Position numbers and translations under genes: made by a program. Below, piece after piece: positions 22,601 to 37,600 of a DNA stretch of 64,000 nucleotides. Position 1 is the stretch's first letter, and each line of letters begins with the position of its first letter. Source of the DNA: Callorhinchus milii (lineage: Eukaryota); the NCBI RefSeq assembly GCF_018977255.1, contig NW_024704742.1, forward strand, positions 68,078,001-68,142,000, written 5' to 3'. Under the pieces are notes generated by a model that saw only the letters and a program-made list of their open reading frames with translations, ran no database searches and was not told the DNA's origin.

Positions 22601-25600
22601 TGAGTTCAAGTTCCACGTGTTTCAAACAACCAGGCTGTTATTTCAATGCAATGTCCATACAAAAGTTAATCCTGTATCTGCACTTTGTTGTCAGTGGACC
22701 TTTTTGAGTGCAAAATGGCTGGCTTGTTTGCTGACAAAAAGCAGCCATCAATTACTGTAAAGCGCTTGAAGTTCACACGCATCAGTTCAGTGGAATAGAG
22801 CGAGTGGTGAATTACTGTTTGATTTCACAATTGACAGCGTTAATTCTGAGCGTGGTGCTGGGCTGTCTCGGCGAGCGGTAATTTTAACATATATTTTCCA
22901 GTGGCAGACTATTGTTAATGCCTCAGGCTGTAGGTTGAGAGAACAAATGATCGCGTGGAATTGCTGAGTAACGAATCTCCACTGCTGCGTTTTATTGCAT
23001 CAGCAACAATTCTAAGCAACTATTAACGGTTCACAAAACAAGGTCACACAACTTGACTGCAGTCACATCAGTGCTCATACTCAGCCAACTGGAAACAGCA
23101 GTGGGTAGCTGTTAGCTAAGGAAATATTTACTTAACAACATTATTATTCAGAAAAATAATTTGACCCTTCTGCTTACTTTTGGACATTTTTAAAAGATCT
23201 GCTTCCAGTTCTTGATTGTACATTTCAAGAGTACTTCATTTCCTTTTTTTTAGTCGGTAACTTTAGCATTTTCCCACATCACAACCTACCCATTTTCATA
23301 ACGTGTGGGCTTGCGATCTTTACTGTACAGCGTGCAACAAAACCATTTCTTAATTACGATATTAAGGTGTGCTGCGCTATAAAGTTGTATGGACGTAGAT
23401 GGCTCATTGATTTTTTCCTTAGTCTCTTTATCCAGACTAAAATTACAAATGCTAGTTTTAAATTCTTGAGTTACTGTGCTGAATTGATTCCTATCCAAAA
23501 TGAGGAAAGAAAGAACTTGCATTTTTATAGCACCCGATCACATCTAAACTTCTCAAAGCACTTCATGGTGATCAGCGTCAAGCGTAGTATTGTGAGATAT
23601 TTAATATTCACTTGTACAACAGCCAAATTGGATTTTAGATTAAAATCTCATCTGAAGAACAAAGCAGGACTCTCCCATTACTGCACTGGAGCGTAAGGTT
23701 AGACTTGAAGCTGCAACCTTTTAACCCATTGATACCATATGAGCCATCAGGCACCAAAGTGATTAATGATCGAAAATAAAGAGTTTACCATTCTTGTAGT
23801 TTGAAGACTGGGTAGCTTTGATTAAGAGGGTGTATCTCTAATAGATCACCAAAAACTGTACATTTTTATAAGTACAGTTCTGTTAGTTCATGCTGGCATC
23901 ACAAACAGCCTTTTTGGCAACCTGAATCACAGATTTAAAATACTGAGAACCCACTCATTATCTTTTCCTCTGTTCCTACCTCCTTCTCCACTGTAAAACT
24001 AAATATTTTCCATTGGTCAAATTAGAAAGTTTTATTGACCTTGTGGAAGCATCTTCTCTGCCTGCTATCCGCCAAACAAATTAGATGTAGGTAGATTTCT
24101 ATTGATTTAGCCATTCTTATAAAGCCTCTGCCTACACAGAGATAAGTATTTTTGGAGCACGACACTTGGCAGGAATGGCTCCCGATTTTACTGAAAGACA
24201 CTACCTGCATGAGCTGTGCCATCACTGCAGTGGGTCCCCAGGAATTAACAAAGGCCTTATAGGCACTTGAGTGCAAGCGAAAACGGGAGCTCTTCTGCCC
24301 GGCACAAGCGCAGACACTGCTACTTTCTTCCTTTGCCAGGTGAATTCCGCGCTTTGATTCGGCGCACGGCAGGATAGCCGTGAAGCCTGGAGGAAAAAAG
24401 CCAGCACCACCACCAAGATGTTGGTGAGTGCGTTAGTAATTCCCTGCCATCTACCAGGCCAGCTGCTCTTATCCTGAGCCTGGCGGCCAGGGTTTGGATG
24501 ATACAGATATAGGATGGTGGGGCCGTGCCTTTGTGCATTGTTTTATACCTTTGGTGTTGGTGCCCCTTTTTTCCATTAAAATCCTGAGCCCTTTCGGTGA
24601 GCCAGTCTGCTTCTGGTCCCTGTATTGTGGGTTGCCAATCTGTCCTGCTTCAGAAAAATGAGTTGCCTTAGCACTTCAGTGCAGTCACATAAAATGCTCC
24701 ATTTCAGTTTGTGTGATGATGCTCAGTGAAGAACTTCAGCTATATTTCAACAATTGGGTCACAACATTTATTGCTCTCTTAACCTGCATAAAATGGAGCT
24801 GAATTTGTGACAACAACAGACATTTATAAAGCACCTTCCACGTGGGATGAAAGTCTTAAAAGCAATTTGCGTAGATTTCTATTCCGACTAGAAATAAAAA
24901 TCCCTTCTAGTTACTGTATGAGCAAACGGCTTTGAATTACTGCTGTAGTAGATTTATGCTCAGATTGTTCTGATGCAATAGATAAACAGATATAAGGGAT
25001 GACTGCAGCAGGAGAAATATTTTTTTNACAATGGAAGATAACTGCTGACTATTCTAGACGGTTTGTGAGGTTTCAACCCATAAACCTTGCTGTAAGGTGA
25101 ATGATGCTATTTTAAAAAGTTTTGAAATTTGTTCTAAAGCTATGCACCTTTTTTTGCTCTTCTGATCTGAGGATGTTAGTGTAATTGTATTAATCTAACA
25201 TTCATTTGAGTCCCAAAATTGTTGTTTTCGGATGTGCGCAATCTTCCAGTTTGATACTTGCATCACGCTTGTTTTGTTTTCTGTCCGATGCGTAGCTGCT
25301 GAAACTGAAACAGGAACGGATGATCCGGAACTTCCAACCCAAGGCAAAATTGGAGCCAAGAAGCAGCGAAAATTAGATGAGAAAGAACAGCGAAGAGCAC
25401 AAAGAGAGGTTAAAGCACTCATTTATAATGATGCTGTATGATTTATAAGTAGGAAGGGGGAATCTTAGACAAAGAAATGTCCCAGAAAGAGCTGTGAAAT
25501 GAATCATACAGTTGAACTGGAGGAATGCTGGCCAGGATGATCCTAGTATGAGCACACTGGACATAATCATTGATTATTTGGGGGGTCAGCTGGTTGTCAG

Positions 25601-28600
25601 ACACATGTGGAAACCCTTCACCATGCTTAAGAGTATCCAAACTAAACAGTTCCAGGCATCCCACCTTCGCATGGAAAATCCAGAGATAGATTGTTGGAAT
25701 GGAATGCGCACTCTCTTCCTGAAAGGACTCATCCTGCTTACCTAATTCCAGAAAGTATTAGGCGCAGGTTAGCAAGAGCCAAGGCTTGGGGACCCTAGAG
25801 TGTGAAATGGGGTGCTGCTGAAACCACATACCTTTCCAGCTGCTTATCCAGTTAGGTCCATCCGTTAGAAGGCTGGCTCAATCTGATATTCTGTTGCCAA
25901 ACATGTTATTTTACAGCCAGTTCAGCTTTAAGGAGACCCCGCTTACCTACACAGTTATTGAGAGGGAGGACATTTCAGTATTTAAATGAGATAGTCATTT
26001 TATAAAGTGGTTTAAGTATATCAACACCTATGTGCATGCTACATATAGGGGGGCAAAGACAGATTAACAGGGTGACGGCTCGATGGTGACAGGCTATTTC
26101 CTGATTAAATGCTTCTCTGCTGAGTGTTCTGGTATGAAATTTTATGGATAATTGGTTAACATAGATTTAGAAAGTGCCACATGCTTCCTGCTGAAGGAAT
26201 TCCCCTTCAAATTTGTATATAGGAGATACTGTCTGGGTTACAATTCGCCCTCAAAATACACTTTACAATATACTTTGTGAAGCACTTTGAGACATCTCAA
26301 ATGCAAGGATATTATTAATATTATCACCACAATTGAAAACCGTTCAAAACCCCAGGGTCTAGCTGTGAAATACTCTGAATCTAAATTAATTAATTCAACA
26401 CTGAAGCTAATTTGTGCTGTATTCTCACCTGCAGGTAGAGGAAGCAGAGCGAGAAGAACGCAAGAAATTGCAGGCCATAAAAGATGAAGAACGGAAGAAA
26501 GATGAAGAACGCATGCGAGTTCAAGAACAGAAAAAGGTGAGACAGTTGGCTTGTTTCAACAAACTGTTTCAAAACCTTCAGTCCCGATTGTCAATGCCCC
26601 ATTTCTCTTCATGTTTGGCAAAAGATATGTTGATTCCAGACAGAAACTTCTTTGGCCCAAGAATTCTCATCTTCTTAGCTTTATTAAGACCATTGTTTCA
26701 AACCATAATGTCATGTGGAATTTGGGGAAACCGAAGTGAGAGGGAATACTGAGGAAACTTAGGAACGTGGAAAAATAGGAACAGGTTTTACAGCCTATCG
26801 ACCCTGACCCACCAGTTTATTAGATTTTGGTAGATTTTAATCCCCGTCACCATATCCCTAAATTCCTGTGCTGCACCAAACATACATTGATCTTTATAGC
26901 CTAACTCAAACGGCTGGGAAATTTGGTATCAGTGGAGGTTTTCTGCCACGTACAAAATTCAAGAAGTGATGAAAGATTCAAAACAAGGACAGCAAAAGAG
27001 AACAGGAAATGCAGATTTCTTTTGATAGAAGGGCAATAACCGTATGTAACGAATTACCACACAGCACATGTGTGGAACAAGAATTTTTTTACGTGTTGTT
27101 AAAAGGAACTAGATAATTTCCTGTCAACTAAAAGGATTCAAAGTTGTTAGTTTGGAGATAAATATATCCAAAGAATCTTATAAGAAATTTGATGGTTAGC
27201 CCAGAAGGACCAATGTTTGTCTCCTGACTGAATTTTTTACAATGTTTGTGCTTATATTCCCCTTAAAATTTCCAGACTAACAGGGTAAGTTAAGGGGACA
27301 AAGGAGGGAAAACTGAATGGGGAACTATCCTGAGGTGCTAGGACGATAGTAATGTTCTGCTTACGCTCTCCAAACAAGTGTCTTAAAAACAGTATTGACC
27401 AAGGTTCGGGTTGTCTCGTTTAGGAGTGGAGTGTCCACAACATATTGTTAAACAATCAGAAAGTAGGGAGGGAAGAAAATGAAGGATAGCATTGTAAAAT
27501 CTAACTGCAAGATTTGATAATGGGGGAGGGTGAGCTCTTAAGTAATTTCTCAATCTGAATTATAATAATTTTTGCCTTTGACGGAGCCCTTATAAAACTG
27601 AAATCTCTCAATCTCTCTCTCCTGGTCTCTATCTCTTATTCTCTCTCTCTGTGTTTCTCACATGGGAGGACTCTAGTTCCCATAACAACCAGAATATATA
27701 TATGTTGCAGAATATAGATGTATCTCTCTGAAGTGTATGCTTTCCTCTGTCACTACGTAGTTGCAGAATATGATGCATACCTCATATTTTGGGGCTTAAT
27801 TAAAGCATTTTTTTATGTAGCTCATCAACGATAGGAGATACCCCCCCCCGCAAATACATATGCCCATGACACTGTCAGATGCACGATCTTTACAATGAGG
27901 TATAAATCATGTCTCGACGTCAATTGGTTATTGCATGGTTATCAGATACACTGACGCACAGACAGACAGAATATTGTTGTTTTATTAGTATAGATTAGCA
28001 GATTGTTCTTTTCATATTTTTGATGACTTCGGTTTACTTCTCAAAGTATATTGGCATTTAAACCATAAGTTAGTTTTCCGAGTAGCTTTTTTAAAAAAAT
28101 GAAAGCGTATTAAAAAAGTAGCAAGATACTGCCAAACTCGTCTCTTATCAGTTAAGTTGATGTCACAAAAATCTGAAATCCTTTTCTTGAAGGAGGTTTG
28201 TTGCAAAAGTTAAATGTTACCTTTTACAGTTTCTTATGTGACTGTTAGCGGGGGCAGGCAATACCCATAACTTTGCAACTGCCACAAATGGTATGATATA
28301 ATGAGTGGGTGGTGTGTAATCTCCTGAGCTGAAATATGTAAGTGAGCAGTAATATTTCCAACTACCCCAGTGACCCAACTTCGAACAACCCAACATGGAA
28401 CCATCCACTGAGGGAGTTTCTATTGTGACTGAAGTTAAGTTATTAAGGCATTTTGATGATTCTTGTAAGAAAATCTGTGAAACAGAGAGGATACTAGTCG
28501 TCTTATTAAGAAATATCCACAGTGCAGAAACTACTATTTTTATTGGAAAAGTGCAGCAGTTTATACCTTTTTTTTAAGTGGATACACAATGCCCTCTGCA

Positions 28601-31600
28601 ATGAACCATAGAAATTTATAACACAGAAGAAGGCCATTCAGCCTCTCGTGTCTGTGTTGTTAAAGAGCAATTTCAGTTCAATTTACCTGCCTTTTCTCCA
28701 TACCCTGTAGCACACTCCTTTTTAGATATCTGCCTAGTTCTCTTTTGAAAGGTAATATGGATTCTGCCTCAACCCTGCTTCCACCAGGGCATTCACATCC
28801 TTTCAACAGCTGTGCAGGAAAATAAAATCTCCTAAACTCACCATTTGCTCCTTTGCAAACTATCCAAAGTAATAGCATATTTGCTAGCTTCCTTTTTTTT
28901 AGCTTCTTTTCATTTTGGTTTGTGAAAGAAATTGATCTTTGTCTTTAGGAACATGTGATTGATTTGACAGGAACACTCTTAATTTATCAATTCACAGTGT
29001 GTTTTGATGTAAAACACTGACTTGCTGTATCATGAGGATTAGGCACTTTCAATAAAATCTTTATGGTTTGTTTGTCCTCCTTTTTAAAATTGTGGTTACT
29101 TCCTGCCATGTGACACAAGAGTGCACAGTACCACTTGATAATAGCAAGGATAACTAAAGGTACAAATACCAATCGTAAATGAACAATTAGAAAATGCCAA
29201 TGGATAAAGGTGTAGGGGGAGATTGAAAACATTGATATGTTGAAGACATTTTTGTGAAATGTGTTCAGAGTTGCAGTACATGTAAGTGGTTAACTTGACT
29301 GTATAAACTGGTGGAGTTTCACTGTCATTTTAGATCATCCCAAACCCTCCAATGTGTATTAGATTTAGAAGGCTGCACACCATCTTTTCTTCTTTCCTTT
29401 GGACATCAAACTTTAATTGTTGGCCTTTCGTTGATCATTTATTGAAATATACTCATAAAATCTGTGTGTTAGGCTAGTAGTCTCTGTGTATGCTATAAGC
29501 TATATGTTGCTTATTGTGGCCACATGTGTGACAGTAATAGGAATGTACAGGACTGGAAAAGACCATAGCAGTCCTACTGGAGATTCCTAAACATAAAAAG
29601 AGTGTTAAAAGTAACATTTACAATGTAGTGCTCCTACAGCATTGTATTGGAGTGTCAGCTTAGTCTTTTAGTTCAGAGTCCTGGCATGAGGCTTGAACCC
29701 ACACCATTCTGACACTGAGACGAGAGTGCTGCAGACTGAGCTAGGCTGGCATCCAAGGTAGAAGTGAAATGGAAATATCTGTCTCCTTCCCATCTCCTAT
29801 GGATATCAATGCACAGCACAAAAGTGCACCATTGTCAGCTGTTTCAATCGGGGTTGGTTGAACTTGTAAAGTGTGGAAATGTCACGCGATACAGCGTGGA
29901 ATGTTCTGAGGTATAAAATTGGCAGAGCACAGCAGCACCTGAGAATGGTTAGTAATTGTACCAAATGAGTAAATTGCATTATTCATTCACACCTCCACTC
30001 AATCAGTATTCTCATTTCCTGAACATTTTTCTTTCTCCATTAAAAATGTATTTTATATCAGTTACTAAATTTCTGTTGGGTTTTTTGTATGATGGGGATT
30101 TATTGCTTTATTTTGATTTTTAAAAATTCAGTTGCATTTTTTTAACTCTTGAATTGCTTAGGGCAGCGCATTACTCAGAAAATCCTTTGTTTCGATTTGG
30201 TGGTTTTGCTATGTACTTCTGCACCATCTGCTGAACGATGTTGGACTCGTGATGGTTTGCAGTCTTCCTGTTACGATTGCAGAAGAATTGCAAATCCTCT
30301 TTTCTAATCCACATTTGCTGCTTCAACAACCGATTTATCTCCTCCACCCCACCCCCCATCCCTCTTTGCACATCATTAGTCATATCCTGGAGTCACAGAT
30401 GGGGACATTGGGTTAAGAAATGTATCGTGGACTGGGAGAGAACTTATGCTGAAAAAAAATCCTTGCATTTGATATTATCACATCTTTGAGACGTCTCATA
30501 GCGCTTCACAGAATACACTGTAAATACACTGTAAATATATACTGTATATTTTGTGGGTGAAACGCGGCAACCAGTTGAGCACAGCAGTGTCCCACAAACA
30601 GTCGTGGATTGAGTAACCAAATTATTATGTTTTTAATAGTTATTGTAGTTTAATAGTTAAATTACAAAATTACAAGTCTGTTAATGAGATACGGCTTGGT
30701 GCAATGTAGCTGCCAAACTTTATTTGAATTTGACTTTTGTTTCAAATGCAGCTGTAAGAAGACAACCAAAGTCTATTTCTCTTATAATAACCAAAAAGTA
30801 TAACACCATTTTTGGTCCTTTGATTAAGCAAATTTTAAAGCAGCATTACCCTGCTCTTATCATTCTTTACTGTATTTGAAGAGAGTTTCTCCCGGTTCCT
30901 GGCCAACAACGCCCCCAAATAAAATTGTTCATTTACTTTATGACTGTTTGTGGGACACTGCTATGCACAAATTGGCTGCTGCGTTTGCCTACAAAATACA
31001 CAGTAACTACACTGTACACTGCATCTTGTGAAGCGATTTGAGACGTCCTCCTGATGTGAAAGGCGCTACATCAAATGCAGAGATGATTATTATTTTTTCT
31101 ATTGACATTTATTTCGTTTCTAGTTTACTCTTTTTAAACAAAATACAAAGGATTTTTTTTAAGACCCTTAGATTTGCAATCTGTTCAGTTTTTATGGTAT
31201 CTCTTCCCCCCCACCCCCACCCCCACACACACGCACACATCACCACAGAAATACTCTTTGTCAGATGTGGCAAAGTTTCTGGTAGCCACAAATCACCCAA
31301 ATGGCTGCAAGTCTTTTTTTTAAATAATCGAACATTCTTAGGCTTGAATTTTTTTTAAGAACAGGAGCTGCATGTATTTATAGTGAGTAACCTGACTTTA
31401 AAATAGCAATGCACGTTATCTGAAGTATTGGTTAGAGCTCTCGCCAGCAGGGAGAGGACTCAGGTTTGATTCCCGGGCAGGGAGAAACCTTGGGCAAGTT
31501 TCCTTACTCCACACCTCTCTTGTTTACCTAGTAGTAAGTAGGAACCCGTTTTAATTGATTGGCAGATCGCTTTCTGGAGGTAATAATCCCTTCAACAAAT

Positions 31601-34600
31601 TTTTTAAAAAATAATAATTTATTCACTGAATATAGTCAATTCACTTCACAGTATATTCTGTGAAGTGCTTTAAGACTTCTCAATATCTTGATAAGGTGCT
31701 ATATCAAATGCAAGGATTAATATTATTATCTGGGGGTGTTTAACGCACATAGAAAAAATACAGCACTTTCTGAAGCAGAAAGATTCCTGGAAGAATTTTA
31801 AAAGTCGCGCTTCTCACAGAACCAACGCAATGCACTCCATCTACAAGTAACTGAAACACAGTTTGTAAAATTCTTCTAGAAATGCTTCTGCTTAAAAAAG
31901 TGCTGATTGTCTTTTGCTACCCGCTTTAGTCCCGCCCAAATAGTGGGCAGTGCTATTTTAATGTAAGGTCACTGAGTAGAAGTACATGCATCTCTTAACT
32001 TGTTTTTTTATAAAAATGCGTACAACCCCCATATTGTTCAGTCATTTAAAAAAAAATAAAACCTCGCTTGGCATGTGTCATGAAAGCTGCACTTTTGGGG
32101 ATGAAAAGGGACTTCCCACTACTAATTATATAGGAAGCACAGTTATGCAAATCGTGGAGCTTGCTTCCTATATAAGAGTGTTATATCTTCATTAAAAAAA
32201 ACATAACTGCTGAACATGATATGCATCTGCACGATGCATTGCTTGCTTAAGAACTCTTCTGTCAACTGACACTTTGTTTTATTTTCTGTGCACAAACAGA
32301 AAAACAGAAAAATACACAAAAAATGTAACGCCTAAGTTTTTTTCACACTCTTTAAACAAAATTTTTTTTAAGGAAGAAGAATTAAGAAAAACCCGTGAAG
32401 AAAAAGAGCGTAGAGACCATGAAGAGTACCTGAGGCTGAAAGAATCCTTTGTCATCGAAGCGGAAGGACAGGATGAACTAATGATGGAACATGAGGTAAC
32501 CAGTTGCTCGGAGCTATTGAAATGTTTGATAAACATAGTACAATTGTTCATTGGCTCTCATCGGTTCCTTTTTTAATGATAGCAATGTTAATACCTGGTT
32601 ATTCATATGTCCTTTTGCTAAAGATCAATGTTTTATTGGGAAAGGAATGGAGCATCATTGAGGTTTGGCAAACTGGAAATTTGGATATTGCATTTAGTTA
32701 ATGATAAACTGATCAGCCATGAAAATAACTTCACCTGCACTTTAACAACAACAACAAATTGCAATTATATAGCGCCTTTCACTTCAGGAGGATGACCCAA
32801 GGTGCTGGATAATCACAGGTTTGCACCCGACCTCTGTGATCAGAGACGGCGTGAGGAAAAGGGGATGGAGAAAGGAAGATGACTAAAGGCACAATCGAAA
32901 AGAAAGATCTTGAGATGGGTTTTGAAGGAGGCAAGGAAGGGGCAAGGTGGAGGGGCTCTAGGATGGAGTTCTAGAGGGTGGCGGCAGAAAAGCTGAAGGT
33001 CTGACCGCTGATAGTGGAGCAGACCAGTGCTTGCTGAGCGGAAGGCGAGGACAGGTTGGTGAAGTTTTGAAAGATCACAGAGATAGGGAGGAGCAAAACT
33101 GTAGAGGGCTTTAAAGATGAGGACAGGGATCTTGAACTCGATCCTCTGGGGTTCTCCCAATCCATTGTAGGTGAAAGAACCCATGCCACTGGCTAGTTAA
33201 TTGTGTATTTTTACTGAATAGAAATTTCCTCTGTCTAAGGAACTCTCTGTATAAAATACTGTTTCATTAGAATGCCTTAAAACTCAAATCTTATATCTCC
33301 ATCTTAACTTTGGCGGGTAGCTTTTCAACCACGTTGCCCCACTCTCTGGAACACGCTCCCTAATGCTCTCTGCCTTTACCCATCCTCTCTGCTTTCAGAA
33401 CTCTTCTAACAACCTATCTCATTGACTGCACTTTCGGACACCTCTGCCATATCCCCTTCCCCATGTTCCACCCTGCCAGACATTTCAGACACCCTCCGTC
33501 TCTGAACACTTTCGAGACATCTTACTATGTAAAAGGTCCTATGTAAACGCAAGCTATTTTCTTCATCTTGATGAAGAAGCCGTGGTGAAGCCAGCAGCCG
33601 TGCTTTCAGTCACTACTCCCCAAAGCTTTTGAATTCTCTGACTGTATATTTTGTGGGCGAAACACGGCAGCCAATTGCGCACAGCAGTGTCCCACAAACA
33701 GCAATGGATTGAGTGACCAAATTATTGTTTTTTTTCTTGAGGGATTATCATCAGACATGTAGAGTAAGGAAACTTGCCCAAGGTTTTGCCCTGCCAGGAA
33801 TCAAACCTAGATCTCTTGCATGCGAGGCGAGTGCTCTAATCACTGAGCTACAGGACTTCTAGAAGACGTAATAAGGATTATCAAAATGCAAGGATTATTA
33901 TTATTGAATCTTTGAGTGTGGCAGCATTATTTCTGTGCCTTTTATTAAAAAAAACTAAGCATCAGCATTCATTTCACATTCAAATCTTGCATTGAATTAA
34001 TCTCCACAGACATCGCTTGTAATGCAGGATGACTGTGTGTGAAACCAGTGCAGAAAAAGTAGCTGAGCTGCAGAAAAAATGCAGTATTTTAAAATAAAGT
34101 TGAAGAAATAATGCTGTTTAAACTTCTTCAGGGAGTTTGATTCCATGCAGTGAATAAATACTTGTTTCCATCTATAAAATATTTATATTAATTAATTGTT
34201 TAAAATGGGAAATATAATGTAATTAATGTATTGTCTCATCTGACAAGATATTAAATAATACTGGAGTGAGGTCCCAGAGCGAAGTGATTAGCGCACTCGC
34301 CTAGCAAGCAAGATGACCCGGGTTTGATTCCGTAGGCAAGTTTCTGTACTCCACATGCCTCTGTTGTACCAGTAAGTAGGAACCCGTCTTTTAGTCGAGT
34401 GGCGGATCGCTTTCCAGGGGTATTAATCCTCACCCCCCCCCCCCCAACTTCCCCCCAAAATTGGTTACTTAATCCACAACTGTTTGTGGGACACCCCTGT
34501 GCGCACTTCTCTGCAGATTCAGTGATCAGTGCCGAATTGCAAAGAGAGACAACGCAGCTTTCTTACTGAATAATCCTGGGATTTTGGGAACTCATATAGA

Positions 34601-37600
34601 TCATAAGAAATTGAGAAGTGGCTATAAGTGTATTAAATTCTGTTTATTTCTGCCTTGCTCATTCTTTTTTTTGGTTCTCTTCACAGTCCACTAACCTCCT
34701 TCAGGAGTTTATCGATTACATCAAGGTATGATGAATCCTTATTTATTTCCAATTATTCTATTCCCATAATGTTTGTACCATTTAGGTAACCAATCCATAC
34801 CCTATAATTACTATCTGCAGTGAAGCACCATTATAGCGCACTTCATTGCAGTGTGAATTTGGTATAACGTGGTTGCACTGTGCAATTGTCCATTACTCAT
34901 GTGCACAGCTTGCCCGCTTGTTTCCTGTGCACTGGTTGGCTTTTTCCCTGCTAAAATGGACAACCTTCTGGTCATTTGGTCACTGCCTTTGTCACTTCCT
35001 GCTTTAGACATGCAGAACAAACGGATGTGACTCCAGTCGTGATTCGATGACCTGAAAGAGCCATTTTTTTTTTCTTTTCAGCATTGGAACTTACCAGTAC
35101 GTAGGGAGCAAGTCAATCAATTGTGTTCTTGTGCAATGGAATCAGGTATTGCACCCTGTAATAGGTTGAGATTTATGGACTCCAAGAACCATGTGTGTTA
35201 TAACAAGGCCCCACTGTAGCTTCCAACTCAGAAATGATGAATATTTATTTCTGAATTGCTTCAGTTCATGTGCAGTGAACTACAGTTGCATTGTCAGAGG
35301 TGCCAACATTCAGGTGAGATGTTAAACCAAGGCCCTGTCTACATGTTCTTCAAGTGGATGTTTAATCCCCATGACATTACTTCAAAAAGTAAAACCAGTT
35401 TCTTCTAAGTTTTTGTTAACAATCTTCCAGATTCATTGATCAACTAATGGCTGTTGTGCGACCTTTCTGTCCACAAATGGTTGCCATTTTTGTGTACAAT
35501 AGTCACAACAACAGTTAGTAATGTCCTGTGAGATGCTTTGGAATACTTTGGCATTGGTACTAAAAGTTTGTTCTTTATTACTTATGGAAAAGACTTTGGT
35601 TTCTAACCTCAACAATGATGCCTAAAAAGAACCACATTCAGTGCCTTCCCCAAAGATTAGTCTTTAATATCCAAAGAAATATTATCTGTGAAGAGGGCTG
35701 GGTTTGAGTAGTAGAGTTGGATAAATAGATGAATAAAGATTCTACTTAATTATCTTTGGTGATCAGGGTAGAACCATGTAAACTTTTCCCTGTGAGAGTG
35801 AGTGACATGAAATCCACAATAGGGTACGCTGTGTGTGTTCTATGAAAGAAACTGGATGGGCTAAATGGCCTTTTCTCGCCATTTCTCATCTTTCCTAGGA
35901 AGGAAAGGCTTGCTGTGCAGTTAAGTAACCTACTGGTGAATTTGTGCCATGATCATAATTGCTTGAAATGAGTGCTGGAATAGGTGGGTACAGGTTAAAG
36001 TCATAATGACCTGCCACTGCATTGCCTCCATAAATGCCTTAGTTTGTTTTGAGTCGATACTATGCAACATTAGATGGGAGTGTAAGCAGTTTGGGTTCTT
36101 TTTAAAAAAAATACTCTACAATTCATTCAACTCATCCAAAGCTATCGCAAGAGTTTGTTGTCCAGGATATGCCACTCCAAAACTATTTTTGCTGGGAGGA
36201 TGTAATCACTTTTTAACTAGGTCACTGTTCCCGGGGTATGGTTTCAGATACCAGAAGCTCTCACCCAAGTGCTCTTTCTTCAACTGTATCAGCAGAGGCT
36301 CTTGACTGTGGGAGATATCACAGCAAGCCTAATGCTGTCCTCACTTAATATCCACACAATATGCACTTTCCTGCAGAGCTTACTAGATAAAAGACTAGGA
36401 ACATGAACCTTGGATGACTTTTCATTGCCTAACTTGGGCCCCCGGTTCAGATCAATTAACTTTGCACAGTATTGTATTGATTAGAGCACTTGCCGCACAA
36501 GTGAGAGGACCCTGGTTTGATTCCCAGGTAGTGCGAAACCTTAGACAAGTTTGCTTACTTCACTGTTTACCTAGCAATAACAACAACAAGAAGAAGATTA
36601 CAATTGTATAACGCCTTTCACATCGGGAGGACGTCCCAAGGCGCTGGACAGTGTACAACATTTCAGACCTGAGCCGGAGTTGGGATGGGGGGGGGGAAGA
36701 GGGGTGACTGATGGCGTGGTCGAAGAGGAGGGTCTTGAGGCGGGACTTGAAGGAGACTAAGGAGGGGGCGAGGCGGAGTGATTGGGGGATGGAATTCCAG
36801 AGGTTGGGGGCAGAGAGGCTGAAGGCTCTCCGGCCAATGGTGGTGCGGGTGGATCGGGGGCGTGGATTAGGCTGGAACCGGCTGAACGGAGGGAACGGGC
36901 GGGTTGGTAGGGTGTTAGGAGGTCGCAGAGGTAGGGTGGGGCGAGGCCATGGAGGGCTTTGTATGTGTGGACCAGGATCTTGAACTGGATCCTCTGAAGG
37001 ATAGGGAGCCAATGGAGTCGGATGAGAATGGGGGAGATGGGGTCACGGAGTTTGGTGCAGGAGAGGACACGGGCTGCAGAGTTCTGGATTATCTGCAGCC
37101 TGTGGAGGGAGGAGTTGGGAAGACCGACAAGCAGGGCATTTGCATAGTCCAGCCTGGAGGTGATGAAGGCATGAACAAGAGTTTCAACGGCCTGAGGAGT
37201 GAGGTAGTGGCGGAGTCGGACGATGTTACGGAGGTGAGGGAAGGCAGAGCGGGTCATGGCTTGAATGTGGGGAGAAAAGACAGTTGAGGGTCGAACAAGA
37301 CACCTAGATGAGTTGAAGTGTGCAACCATGGAGGTTGATGCTGCCAGAGCCTGAGGTGCTGGTGTGAGCCAATTAGGAGGACCTCAGTCTTGTTCACATT
37401 CAACTGTAGGAAATTTTCCCTCATCCAGGACTTGATGTCCGACGCAGCATTGTCCTGACATAGAAATGTGGTTGTTAGTCGATTGGCAGATCGCTTTCTG
37501 CGGATAATAATCCTTTTTAAAATAATAATAACAATAATTTGTCCACTAATACCAAGTCTAATACCAACTTATATTGTAATTCCCCCTTTACAATCACTGA

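Noticed and set aside
24713..24802. Possible C/D snoRNA (GTGATGA...CTGA)
   Set aside because: No convincing terminal stem or recognisable rRNA guide.
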